Notes: generated from the sequence alone by a model not told the origin. Positions 1 through 8,928 are shown, counted from the stretch's first letter. The stretch is DNA of 38,977 nucleotides from a virus (IMGVR_UViG_3300025665_000804:1-38977); one strand, 5' to 3'. Program-made: numbers and translations.

Positions 1-1
1 A

Positions 2-349
2 CTCAAGTCTTGTATTCACTGACGTGCCATAAAGCTGCATAAGCATCCCTACAGCCTTAAGCTGAAGATCCAAGCGTCCCTCTTTGGCTGCATTGGCAGT
101 GATGAGCTTAAGCATTCGCTCATGCTCTTTACGTCTTTCAGATGTGGTCCTACCATCCTCTTCAAGAGCGTTCTCTCGCCACCTCTTAAATGCTGCAGAG
201 ATGTATCGTGTCGCGGTACGCTTAGATACATCATACTTCTGCGCCAGAACCTTCTGGGCCTGCCGATTGGTCAGCCCTTGGAGAAGCAGAAGCTCTGCCT
301 GGTCAACCCTTGACTCCATCTGTTCTTTAGTAGATCTTTTTTCAGCCAT
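2..349 (-). CDS. Putative terminase small subunit / HTH DNA-binding protein (3' end outside window)
   Basis: Not in the ORF track. Read manually from ATG at 349 with AGGAG RBS at 356-360: MAEKRSTKEQMESRVDQAELLLLQGLTNRQAQKVLAQKYDVSKRTATRYISAAFKRW..., open to the window edge. HTH followed by helices resembles TerS. Confidence 0.6.
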   Translation of the reverse strand, partial: MAEKRSTKEQMESRVDQAELLLLQGLTNRQAQKVLAQKYDVSKRTATRYISAAFKRWRENALEEDGRTTSERRKEHERMLKLITANAAKEGRLDLQLKAVGMLMQLYGTSVNTRLE

Positions 350-384
350 AACATACTCCTCAAGGCAGTATATCAATAACCGCG

Positions 385-1665
385 TCAGTAAGAAACCAAT
401 TCGTAGAACCGCTGCTTGGGTCTATCAAACATCACGTTCACCTTACCCGTTCGACCGTGCCTATGCTTTTGCACTATGATGGTCCCCTCAACCGTCTCAT
501 GCCCATCACTCCACTCACTCTCAACATGCTCTGGATACGCTATCTTTAGGATGCCTGTTGCATCATGCTCTACCGCTCTAGACTCACGAATCTGCCCGCC
601 ATCGTTGAGTTGGCTTAACGCGATTACAGGTATTTCGTTAGTTCTTGCTATCGCAACAAGGCTGCTGGATATCTCAGCGACCTCTCGCTCTCTGGAGTAG
701 GTAGAGTCTGTCCTCAGAAGCTGTAGATAATCAATGATCACCATGTCGCACTTACCTAGCTTTACCTGCTGCCTTACTGCTGCACCCAGTTGATATAGAC
801 TTAATGACGGCTGATCGAGTATCAGGAAATTACCTGACGCAGAATATATTCTGCCTGCGGAGTGCTGCAGGCTATCAATTTGATCAGACGAAAGGTGTCC
901 AGATTCTATCAGGTTTCCTGCGATCCCAGATTCAGAGCTCACTATCCTTCTCATGAGATCAACGTGAGACATCTCGAGAGAACAGTACATCACCTTCGTG
1001 TCTCTAACTGCAGCATCAAATCCAATATTAACGCCCAGAACACTCTTCCCGCGCCCCGTGCCAGCACCAAGAACATAGAGCCCTCCGGGTCTGAATCCAC
1101 CGAGTATCTTATCTAGCCCCTGGATTCCTGACGAGATCCCCGGTGGCTTATTCTTTTCCGCCTCAGGTCTTTCAAATGCAGCCTGAGCAAGCCCTATCAC
1201 AGACTGAAGCGAGTCTTTGGCGGAGAAAAGTCTCTGCTCAGGAGTCAGGTCGTCCATATCAAGTAGACGCCCTATAGCAGTCTGCCTTGCTTCATATGCG
1301 CTGGAAGCGTCCTTAGCGAGAACAACAGCTTCAGATACTGCTTGAACGACACGTCTCTGCTGCGTTGACTCGCGCAGACTCTGACACATTTTCCCGAACG
1401 TGGAAGCTACCATCACATACTCGGAACTCATGTTCATCAGGTAATCAAACTTAACCGGAGTCGTTGTCGACTGAAGCGAATGATACACGCTTATCTGATC
1501 CACATCGTTTCCGGACATGAATAAATCGCATACAACCTTGTGAACATTTTGATGGACTTGGCTGGTCCAACAGTCAGCAGACAAGCTGACAAACTCCGTC
1601 AAATCAGCCCCTTGAAGGCAAGAAGAAATAATCTGCCCTTCAAGATCCTCGTGCATTGAAAACAA
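385..1665 (-). CDS. dnaB: DnaB-like replicative helicase
   Basis: Walker A GAGTGRGKS, SLEMS, Walker B VIIDYLQL, ALSQL, IRESRAVEHDA, KHRHGRTG; N-terminal DnaB domain; GGGAGG RBS before TTG start. Confidence 0.95.
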   Translation of the reverse strand: MFSMHEDLEGQIISSCLQGADLTEFVSLSADCWTSQVHQNVHKVVCDLFMSGNDVDQISVYHSLQSTTTPVKFDYLMNMSSEYVMVASTFGKMCQSLRESTQQRRVVQAVSEAVVLAKDASSAYEARQTAIGRLLDMDDLTPEQRLFSAKDSLQSVIGLAQAAFERPEAEKNKPPGISSGIQGLDKILGGFRPGGLYVLGAGTGRGKSVLGVNIGFDAAVRDTKVMYCSLEMSHVDLMRRIVSSESGIAGNLIESGHLSSDQIDSLQHSAGRIYSASGNFLILDQPSLSLYQLGAAVRQQVKLGKCDMVIIDYLQLLRTDSTYSREREVAEISSSLVAIARTNEIPVIALSQLNDGGQIRESRAVEHDATGILKIAYPEHVESEWSDGHETVEGTIIVQKHRHGRTGKVNVMFDRPKQRFYELVSY

Positions 1666-1789
1666 CCCAACCTCCCTATTAATAAGTAACCAGACTCAAA
1701 AACACTATTCTAATAAAATTGATAAATAAACCTTTATTTTAAAAAACTTTTCATGCATGATGACCAAGGATTAAGAAAGGAGTCAAATA
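1666..1789. promoter_or_regulatory. AT-rich divergent control region between helicase and recombination operon
   Basis: Strongly AT-rich intergenic gap; inverted repeat AAATAAA-CC-TTTATTT (1724-1739); palindrome TCATGCATGA (1751-1760); AAGGAG RBS for the next gene. Confidence 0.6.
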
Positions 1790-2065
1790 ATGACTGACCA
1801 AATATCTAGAAGAATTAAGATTCGAATCATGGCAATGGGCTGTTCGAGTCTTAAGAGTTTTGTTGAGGAGTATAAGTTGAACGGTGGCGTAAGACCATAC
1901 TCTTGGTGGAGAAATCTTTCGGAGGGGAGTCCGTACTCATCTCTTATTGAGGCCAGTGAGTGCCTGGGTGTCTCTGTTGATGCATTAATAGGAAGGTCTT
2001 CAGATTCGGACAGCGTCTTAATTAGAGAAGGCGTTCCTGGTGGCAGGGTAAACCTTAATGAGTGA
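1790..2065 (+). CDS. Cro/CI-like HTH transcriptional regulator
   Basis: Small protein ending P-x-x-x-LIEASECLGVSVDALIG, typical of the XRE/HTH_3 C-terminal helices; first gene after a divergent promoter; strong RBS. Confidence 0.7.
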   Translation: MTDQISRRIKIRIMAMGCSSLKSFVEEYKLNGGVRPYSWWRNLSEGSPYSSLIEASECLGVSVDALIGRSSDSDSVLIREGVPGGRVNLNE

Positions 2066-3131
2066 TAGAGCTGCACCGCCCAAGGACTCCATCGGGGGAA
2101 CGACGGCAGCACAAGTCCTGGGTCATAGTAAGTATGGCAACAGGCATGCTGCATATCGTAAGATAGTTTCTGCGTTGGACGGGAATCCCATCAGCATCCC
2201 AGTGAACTTTAACATGCACCGTGGGCTGCTTGCTGAAGATAAGATTGTCGATATGGTTAAAGAGGACTTTGAGTCTTCCACGGGTATGCGTATCGCAGAG
2301 TTGTTTGGCAGCGGCGTTGTTAGGCATAAGGATTTTCCTTTTATACATGCGACAGTGGACAGGGTCGTCTTTGATAAGTCTGGGAAGATACGCGGAATCG
2401 TTGAGGTGAAGAGCTGCGACAACACCTGGGCGAGCTTTGATTGGGAACGAAAGGATTACCGATGCCAGTTGGAGCACTATGACTGCATATTTAAATCTGC
2501 ATATGAGTCGGAGATCTCCGAGCATGGTCTTGATCATAACTACCTGCTTGTGGCAACAGGCGATGAGCATACGTGGAGAACGTTTGTGAGAATGATTGAG
2601 TCCGGTGAAGACCCTAGTGTGCTGAAGCCCATCATGGGCGTCGAGTATCGCAAGGTTGACTTTAGCGGAAGCTATAAAGACGAAAGCCTTCCTAGGCTCG
2701 TAGACTTCTGGACGAAGAATGTTGAGCCCAGAGTTATGCCTGATGTTGATGGGACCGATGGGTGCAAGGTCAACATTATGGAGGCTAACCCTGAGCGATC
2801 TGGCGGAAGGGTGGTGTCCGGTTCGGACCCTGAGTATGTTCAAGTCTCCACTATCATTGAGGGCAGGGCTAGGCTTAAGGCAAAATTAAAGGATCTGTCG
2901 GAGGAAGAGCGTGGGCTTAAAGAAGAGATAAGGCTCATGGACAACCACCTTAGATTTATTGTGGGTAGGAACAAGTGGATGGAGTCTGACTCGTTCAAGG
3001 TTACCGTGTCCAAAAGGGACGGTAGAAAGAAGTTCGATAAAGATCAATTCATGAGTGATAACCCAGGGCTTTACGAGAAGTATCAATCCGAAGGGGACGG
3101 ATATGAAGCTTTGAAGGTTACACTGAAATAA
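2058..3131 (+). CDS. YqaJ/lambda-exonuclease family recombination nuclease
   Basis: IGGTTAAQVLGHSKY, MHRGLLAE, ATVDR...VEVKS (PD-(D/E)xK), Q-x-x-HY motif, C-terminal coiled coil. Confidence 0.9.
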   Translation: MSDRAAPPKDSIGGTTAAQVLGHSKYGNRHAAYRKIVSALDGNPISIPVNFNMHRGLLAEDKIVDMVKEDFESSTGMRIAELFGSGVVRHKDFPFIHATVDRVVFDKSGKIRGIVEVKSCDNTWASFDWERKDYRCQLEHYDCIFKSAYESEISEHGLDHNYLLVATGDEHTWRTFVRMIESGEDPSVLKPIMGVEYRKVDFSGSYKDESLPRLVDFWTKNVEPRVMPDVDGTDGCKVNIMEANPERSGGRVVSGSDPEYVQVSTIIEGRARLKAKLKDLSEEERGLKEEIRLMDNHLRFIVGRNKWMESDSFKVTVSKRDGRKKFDKDQFMSDNPGLYEKYQSEGDGYEALKVTLK

Positions 3132-3149
3132 AAAACGAAAGAGGACGAA

Positions 3150-3791
3150 ATGTTAGCAAAGAAAGTATGGGAATCGTTTAGGTCTAAGCGAGTATTTGAG
3201 AATGGATACATAGAGAAGAAGGGTCGATATAGTTACCTTGCGTGGCATGCTGCACAGGAAATACTTAACGACGACTTTCCGGATAACACTGTAGAGTTCT
3301 CAATGTATAAGCACCCAAGCGGGTATGAGACCTGTGCCATGTATTACCCTGACGGAACGGCAGAGGTAAACTGCACCATCACGATTAGGGAGGACGGCGA
3401 GTCCTTTAGCAGGAGCATGTTTCTCCCTGTTAAGGATCACAAGCATAAGTCTATTGTTAACCCAAACTCTATGGCAATAAACACTGCAAAGCAGCGGTGT
3501 GTTGTTAAATGCTTGGCGATGATGGGGCTTGGTCTGCATGTATATATGGGCGCAGAAGATGATCCAGAATACGTAATGACTGGGCTGGATAAGGTTAGAG
3601 GATTCTGCTCTGAGTTGTCCGTGTCTGAAGACAAGCTTAACCAGTATGTCAAATCAGTGGCGAACGGGAGTTCTATCTACGAGATTGCTGACAGAGAAAA
3701 TGGCGACATCGATTCGCTTCTCCTTTACCTCAAAGACAAGGTAGAGGAAATAAATAATCAAGAAAACAACAAGCTGGAAGACCAGCAGTAA
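3150..3791 (+). CDS. DUF1071 / Sak-like single-strand annealing protein
   Basis: IEKKGRYSYLAWHAA, MFLPVKD, INTAKQRCVVKCLAMMGLGLHVY.GED motifs; lies between exonuclease and SSB. Confidence 0.85.
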   Translation: MLAKKVWESFRSKRVFENGYIEKKGRYSYLAWHAAQEILNDDFPDNTVEFSMYKHPSGYETCAMYYPDGTAEVNCTITIREDGESFSRSMFLPVKDHKHKSIVNPNSMAINTAKQRCVVKCLAMMGLGLHVYMGAEDDPEYVMTGLDKVRGFCSELSVSEDKLNQYVKSVANGSSIYEIADRENGDIDSLLLYLKDKVEEINNQENNKLEDQQ

Positions 3792-3803
3792 GGAGAAGAT
3801 GCT

Positions 3804-4331
3804 ATGTGGCATTCGACGATAATTGGAAACGTGGGCGATAATGGGGAATTGAAGACTGTTGGAGATGGAAAGCAGGTCTTAAGCTTCAATGTCGGGATTA
3901 AGACCGGCAGAGAAAACACAGAGTGGGCACAAGTTAGCGTGTGGGGCAACTACGGCGCGGCTATTGCGGAGTCTGTAAAGAAGGGTGCTCGAGTCACTGT
4001 TGTGGGACGAGTGACCGGTGTAGATGCATATCAAAAGAGGGACGGCGGATTCGGCAAGTCTGTGAAGATGACGGCTGACTCAGTTGAAATACATAGAAGT
4101 CGGGACGAGTCTCAGTCTCAGCAGTCTATGTCAATGCAGAAGAGGCAGCCTCAACAGCAACGGCAGGCTCCTCAGTCACAGCAGCAGTGGGGATCAACTC
4201 CACAGCAGCAGCCTTCACCTAGCCAGGGACAGTGGGGTTCTCAGCCTCAACAACAACAGCAGCAGCCAAACGGTGGTCAGCAGCAGTGGGGGTCTGCCCC
4301 GTCCAATGGTAGTGACCCGATTCCATTCTAA
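3804..4331 (+). CDS. ssb: Single-stranded DNA-binding protein
   Basis: OB fold (IIGNVG...TEWAQVSVWG...KKGARVTVVG), Q-rich linker, acidic tip SDPIPF. Confidence 0.92.
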   Translation: MWHSTIIGNVGDNGELKTVGDGKQVLSFNVGIKTGRENTEWAQVSVWGNYGAAIAESVKKGARVTVVGRVTGVDAYQKRDGGFGKSVKMTADSVEIHRSRDESQSQQSMSMQKRQPQQQRQAPQSQQQWGSTPQQQPSPSQGQWGSQPQQQQQQPNGGQQQWGSAPSNGSDPIPF

Positions 4332-4822
4332 TGAATATAATTGGGATTGACCCAGGGAAAAGCGGCGCTGTTGTCTCTATGAACTTAGAGACGCACGCCG
4401 TTTCCTCTAAACAAATAACGCCTATGGTCAAGGTGGGTAAGAGCAGGCAAGAGTACGACATCCAGGGTATGTCAGACATTCTTAAGTCTCTATCTAGGAA
4501 TGGCGGCAAGGTCTTTATCGAAAGGCAGCAGGCTAGACCTGGTCAAGGTGTCAGCTCTATGTTTACAACGGGTATGGGCTACGGGTTGTGGCTTGGCATA
4601 TGTGGTGGACTAGAGATACCGATTGAGGTGGTCAGCCCGATTTCATGGACAAGGGAAATGCTGCGTGGAGTTCCAGGTGAAGGCAAGGGCAGGAACATAC
4701 TCGGAGCAAAAAGGCTTTTCCCTTCAGAGGATCTGCGTAAAAGTGATAGAGCTCGAGTCGCCCATGATGGTATATGTGACGCACTGTTAATTTGCGAATA
4801 CGGATGGAGACTTAGCTCGTGA
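4331..4822 (+). CDS. ruvC: RuvC-like Holliday junction resolvase
   Basis: IIGIDPGKSGA, VFIERQ, GVSSMF, P-x-x-W, HDGICDALLI; phage RuvC pattern. Confidence 0.9.
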   Translation: MNIIGIDPGKSGAVVSMNLETHAVSSKQITPMVKVGKSRQEYDIQGMSDILKSLSRNGGKVFIERQQARPGQGVSSMFTTGMGYGLWLGICGGLEIPIEVVSPISWTREMLRGVPGEGKGRNILGAKRLFPSEDLRKSDRARVAHDGICDALLICEYGWRLSS

Positions 4823-5310
4823 AGTGGTTCATTACTCAAGAAATCGGAGACCTTAGTCAGAGACTAGTTGATGCGGGCGAGACGGTTCTATCTACACCGG
4901 ATACTCAAAGAAACCCCGATGACCCTGATATGGAAGAGCCCAAGGACTACAACCTTAGAAGCATCATCACTAGCCTAGAAGAAACTCCAGACGTGATAAT
5001 ATTTGGTAACATTAATCAGCCTCCCTTCTATGCTAAGGGATTTGCAAAGCTCTTCCACAGGAAGGGCGGCAAAGTATTAATGGGTGGAAATGATAACGAT
5101 CCAACGGGAATATTTTACAATAACAACAGAATGGTTCGATGCACCATGACGACCAAGCAGATCTCTGTCTACCTCACCAACGACGTCTCAGTTAAAAGAA
5201 AACTTCCCAGGAACACGCGAGTGTTTGACCTAAACGGGGATATTGAGTCCCTGATACAAGCAGCCCATGACACCCTCAACACAGTAGGCATGGGCAAGCT
5301 GTATGTTTAG
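4819..5310 (+). CDS. Hypothetical protein
   Basis: GTGA overlap with ruvC, tiles the operon; no recognised motif. Confidence 0.65.
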   Translation: MKWFITQEIGDLSQRLVDAGETVLSTPDTQRNPDDPDMEEPKDYNLRSIITSLEETPDVIIFGNINQPPFYAKGFAKLFHRKGGKVLMGGNDNDPTGIFYNNNRMVRCTMTTKQISVYLTNDVSVKRKLPRNTRVFDLNGDIESLIQAAHDTLNTVGMGKLYV

Positions 5311-5503
5311 ATGGGCAGAGGATGTTCTGATCCTGAACTCTGCCACTGCGCTGCTCTTTATAATCCTTGTTTTTTGTGCCATATTCATTCAAACAGAATT
5401 CAAGGTTGAAGACGTATGTTCCCGATTTTCTTTGAGAACTCCAAGGTTCCATCACTACTATCTAAGATCGCGCCTTTTAAGGTGGGTGGATTTTCCTTTC
5501 TAA
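5303..5503 (+). CDS. Small putative membrane protein
   Basis: Overlaps the upstream stop; one hydrophobic segment (ALLFIILVFCAIFI); overlaps the next ORF by 88 nt, so uncertain. Confidence 0.35.
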   Translation: MFRWAEDVLILNSATALLFIILVFCAIFIQTEFKVEDVCSRFSLRTPRFHHYYLRSRLLRWVDFPF

Positions 5504-5793
5504 TTTTCGTCTGGTGCCGTGGGATCGCGAGCCCAACACTTAGAAGGCATGAAATTACTCACTTTCTCCAGCAAAAGGAGTGTCTTTTTCTTCTGCAGTG
5601 GATCATGTACGGATTAGGCTGGGTTATACTCCTAGCTTATCATCGAGACACCTACCTTGCCTACCGAATGTCGCCTTTCGAAATCGAGGCATATGACAAT
5701 CAGCATGACCCCACATACAACACCCAAGCAAGAAAACCTTATGCATGGATTAAGTGCATCCCCAAGTCATTTGAAAGGATTAAAAATGCCTAG
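5416..5793 (+). CDS. Membrane-associated zincin-like metallopeptidase (HExxH)
   Basis: HEITH, hydrophobic helix, then AYRMSPFEIEAY supplying the third ligand Glu. Confidence 0.7.
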   Translation: MFPIFFENSKVPSLLSKIAPFKVGGFSFLIFVWCRGIASPTLRRHEITHFLQQKECLFLLQWIMYGLGWVILLAYHRDTYLAYRMSPFEIEAYDNQHDPTYNTQARKPYAWIKCIPKSFERIKNA

Positions 5794-6172
5794 AATACAG
5801 ATCAATACCGACGATATGAGACTACAAAGGCTCGAGGAGATTGGAGAGCAACTTACGAAGAGTAATCCAGAGACCAGTATCTCTATCAAGAGAAGCACTG
5901 CCTTTGACTACCTGATTGATGCCATAGTAAATGCTAATCAAACCATGAACGCTCAGAAGGCGGACATAAACAGGCTGCAGTCCCTAGTCAAGGATGGCGA
6001 GAAGTCAGAGGTTCTCCAGAAGAAGCTTGATGACCTAACTGAGGAGCATGAGAAAACTCAGTACAAGCTGAACGGATGCAGGAATGACTGTCACAGGTTA
6101 GAGCGTGGAGCCACAGGCATGATGGAGACAATCTCATTTCTTGTAGATAGGCTTCGAGGTCTCGAGCTATGA
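5786..6172 (+). CDS. Putative ribbon-helix-helix DNA-binding protein with C-terminal coiled coil
   Basis: Start moved to ATG 5786 (AAGGA upstream). MPRIQINTD (alternating strand), MRLQRLEEIG (helix), KRSTAFDYLIDAI (helix), then heptad-rich region; ATGA-coupled to the tubulin gene. Confidence 0.55.
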   Translation: MPRIQINTDDMRLQRLEEIGEQLTKSNPETSISIKRSTAFDYLIDAIVNANQTMNAQKADINRLQSLVKDGEKSEVLQKKLDDLTEEHEKTQYKLNGCRNDCHRLERGATGMMETISFLVDRLRGLEL

Positions 6173-7188
6173 GTGAGGTTTCATTCCGATGGGGGTTCGT
6201 AGGGATAGGTCAGGGTGGATGCAGAATTGCTCAGTCATTTTATTCCCTGGGATACAAGGACTGTGTATTTATAAACACTGCCAATGTGGACCTAGCTGGA
6301 CTTGATGTTCCGTCGGAGCTAAAGCTGCTAATTGGTGGACACGGTGACGGAGCAGGTAAGGACCCGTCTATAGCTGAAGAGGCAGCATCCAATCAAAGGG
6401 AGGAAATAGGTGACGCAATTAAGGCTTTATCTGATTGTGACCAGGTGTTCATATGCACTGGTGCGGGCGGGGGAACTGGTTCAGGTGCAGCCTTGCCTGT
6501 TCTTGAGATAGCGAAGATGTGTCTACCATCCATTCCTGTTGGACTGATATCCTCCATGCCTGCAAAGCAAGAGCTGGTTTCAGATGCAACCAGAAAGAAT
6601 GCGAAAAATCTTCTCAACGTATGCTGCGACTTGGCTGATTCGGGGGAACTGTCCCCGTTCATTGTTATGGATAACGAGCTAGTTAAGAAGAGGGTTAGAC
6701 CGAGATCATTAAGGACTCTATGGATCGACGGTAATCTTGCGTTCGCCAACATACTTCACAAAATCAACAGGCTATCTGCGACCCCAACAATGCTGGTTAG
6801 CTTGGATAAGGCTGATCTTAAGACGCTTATGTTTAGAAGCGGAACCCTCTTTGTAGGGTCTCGAGAAATCAACAATCCTGAAGACAGGGTTCTAGTTGAA
6901 AAGCACCTCAATATAGCGTTCACCGCTGGCACTGTGCTTCATTCTGATTCTCCGCTTAAAGAGTCGGACTGTGCTCTGGTTCTTACTATGCCGAGCAGGA
7001 TTCTGGATGGTGACGTTAGGTTCTTTGACCTCTTTACCGGGGTGGTAAACAAGTACCTGACCACTATGCCAAACTCTTATATTCACCGGGGGATATACGA
7101 AGACGAGTCTAGACCTGCGATTCGTGCTACAGTCCTGAGCATTGGAGACAAGTCTCCACGAAGTAAGATTGTGGCTAGGCTCAAGTAG
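6169..7188 (+). CDS. FtsZ/tubulin-superfamily GTPase (TubZ/PhuZ/CetZ-like)
   Basis: GIGQGGCRIA, INTA, GDGAGKDP, signature GAGGGTGSG, DNE, T7-like SLDKADL. Confidence 0.92.
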   Translation: MSEVSFRWGFVGIGQGGCRIAQSFYSLGYKDCVFINTANVDLAGLDVPSELKLLIGGHGDGAGKDPSIAEEAASNQREEIGDAIKALSDCDQVFICTGAGGGTGSGAALPVLEIAKMCLPSIPVGLISSMPAKQELVSDATRKNAKNLLNVCCDLADSGELSPFIVMDNELVKKRVRPRSLRTLWIDGNLAFANILHKINRLSATPTMLVSLDKADLKTLMFRSGTLFVGSREINNPEDRVLVEKHLNIAFTAGTVLHSDSPLKESDCALVLTMPSRILDGDVRFFDLFTGVVNKYLTTMPNSYIHRGIYEDESRPAIRATVLSIGDKSPRSKIVARLK

Positions 7189-7782
7189 CTACTTTATCTC
7201 AACGAGATCCCCGTACTTCATTACGAGCCGCCCAATCTCAGACATAACCTCGTTGGCAACATCGGTATCATAGATTATAACCCTATGTATGGCAGGTTTA
7301 GGATCGTCCTCACACCAGGTCGATTCAGCCCCGTCGCCCTCTTCATCCACAAACGCCATCACAAGATCGTCTTTGAGACCTAGCGCATCAATGGTGTCCA
7401 TCTCTGGACCATCGAGAAGAGACGATATTGCTTCAGCTAGTTTATCTGAATCCCATGTAGAAAGCTCCGCCGTCTTGTTGTCCACCAAGGCAAAGGCCTT
7501 TGCCTGCTCATCGGTCCCATCCCATTCAACACAAGCGACACTGTCCCAGCCAAGGGCTTTGGCGGCTGTTACGCGCCCAGACCCGGCTACGCAGGTGAAC
7601 GTATAGCTGCTAGTCTTTCTTACCAGCACAGGGAACACCTGCCCGTACTGAAGAAGACTTAGCTTAATCCCTTCAATGGATTCCTTTCCATGCCTCCTCG
7701 CGTTGTCCGGGTCGGCAACTATTTGATCCAGAGGCTTTAGCATCGGAATAAGATCCTTGTGAACATTCCCCTTGTTTTTCAT
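7189..7782 (-). CDS. ParB/Srx N-terminal domain protein
   Basis: DPDNARRH, SLLQYGQVFPVLV, VAGSGRVTAAKALGW, AFALVDNKTAELSTWD. Confidence 0.85.
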   Translation of the reverse strand: MKNKGNVHKDLIPMLKPLDQIVADPDNARRHGKESIEGIKLSLLQYGQVFPVLVRKTSSYTFTCVAGSGRVTAAKALGWDSVACVEWDGTDEQAKAFALVDNKTAELSTWDSDKLAEAISSLLDGPEMDTIDALGLKDDLVMAFVDEEGDGAESTWCEDDPKPAIHRVIIYDTDVANEVMSEIGRLVMKYGDLVEIK

Positions 7783-7826
7783 TTTCCGTCCCTTTTAACT
7801 GTTGAGGTACCTACGTAGGAGCAGGC

Positions 7827-8159
7827 ATGAAAAGAATTAGACCCATCACGAAGCAGGAAGTCCAAGAAATTCTAGACAGAAATAGGGAGGTCTCGGAATT
7901 TGTTCAGAAGAAGATTGGTCCCACCACCTGGAAAGAGCTTCTAGAGGAGTACGGAATGACTCAATCAAGTATGAATAATGCTCTGTCAAAGGGTGGGCTG
8001 CTTTCTCCCATGAACAGGGGTCCCGTAAGGAGGTCAAAAATGAGCAGCTTCGATGTCCTAAAGTCCATGACTGAGACACTGTGGATGAGAAGTGGTGATC
8101 AGTACGGAGAGATAATAAAGGAGGCTGCAGAAGACATCTTGGCTAAGCAAGATCTCTAA
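7827..8159 (+). CDS. Hypothetical protein, possible HTH
   Basis: AGGAG RBS; TWKELLEEYGMTQSSMNNALSKGG is HTH-like. Confidence 0.6.
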   Translation: MKRIRPITKQEVQEILDRNREVSEFVQKKIGPTTWKELLEEYGMTQSSMNNALSKGGLLSPMNRGPVRRSKMSSFDVLKSMTETLWMRSGDQYGEIIKEAAEDILAKQDL

Positions 8160-8928
8160 CTGCAACAATCTTTGCGTCATTCTCCATGGTGCCATTATAG
8201 GAGCCTACGCCGTCAATAATCCCCCCGGCTCCAGGTGAGTCTCCGTCGCCCATCCTCCACCATGAAACAAGGTCTGAATGGCGAGAGAAGGACAGCATGT
8301 CTAATGGTCGGCCCTGGTTATACACTTCTAATGCCTCCGAAGGGTTGACCTCAAAATTATAAACAACGCATTCCGTGATATACTTTTCAAACTCGTTGCC
8401 AATGCCTCCAGCAGCATTAGCCCCAATTCTAACAGGGCTTGATGTGGACTGAAGCCCTGTATAGGGTGACGGATTACTCCTGGATACGGATTGGGTCTGC
8501 CCGTTAACGTAAACGCTTATACCGTTCTGACTCTTGGAGCCATCATAAGTCATCATTACATGGGACCACTCACCTGGAGGAAGTAGTCCAGAGCTCTGAG
8601 TGAAGGCACGTATAGCAGCTAGGTTACTGCCGCTTCCATCGTAAATAAACGCCTGAATCTCGCCCTGGTCATGAACCAGGAGCCAGTTGGATGGTACACC
8701 GTTTCCGCTGTTTTTTGATAGGATCGCGCCTTGATCATTCGAAGAGGTTGTCTGAACCCACGCACTGATAGAAAAGGGTCTATCGTTCCCAGCCCCATCC
8801 GTAAAGTTGAATACTGGATGGTCCCCCACCTCGACATAATCTTCAGTCCCATCCATCTCGATCACTAGCTTGCGGGATCTTCCGACACCGGGACCTCGAT
8901 ACGTGGGATCATCTTTACCAAAAGACAT
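8143..8928 (-). CDS. LamG/concanavalin-A-like lectin domain protein (probably virion-associated)
   Basis: DGTEDYVE, FSISAWV, WSHVMMTYDG, VYVNG, IGA, LVSWWRMGD motifs of LamG-like jellyrolls. Confidence 0.85.
   Translation of the reverse strand: MSFGKDDPTYRGPGVGRSRKLVIEMDGTEDYVEVGDHPVFNFTDGAGNDRPFSISAWVQTTSSNDQGAILSKNSGNGVPSNWLLVHDQGEIQAFIYDGSGSNLAAIRAFTQSSGLLPPGEWSHVMMTYDGSKSQNGISVYVNGQTQSVSRSNPSPYTGLQSTSSPVRIGANAAGGIGNEFEKYITECVVYNFEVNPSEALEVYNQGRPLDMLSFSRHSDLVSWWRMGDGDSPGAGGIIDGVGSYNGTMENDAKIVAVRDLA

Noticed and set aside
84-479. Plus-strand 131-aa ORF and other short ORFs at the left edge
   Set aside because: Antisense shadows of the minus-strand gene starting at 349, which has a clear RBS and protein-like sequence.
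5657-5785. Longer N-terminus for the RHH/coiled-coil ORF
   Set aside because: Overlaps the peptidase gene; ATG 5786 has an RBS and a typical 8-nt overlap.
6169-7188. Host ftsZ / bacterial dcw cluster
   Set aside because: No ftsA/ftsQ neighbours, no FtsZ C-terminal peptide, and it is embedded in a phage operon.
5400-7830. tubC-like iteron array near the tubulin gene
   Set aside because: No tandem direct repeats were visible by eye; the region is almost fully coding.
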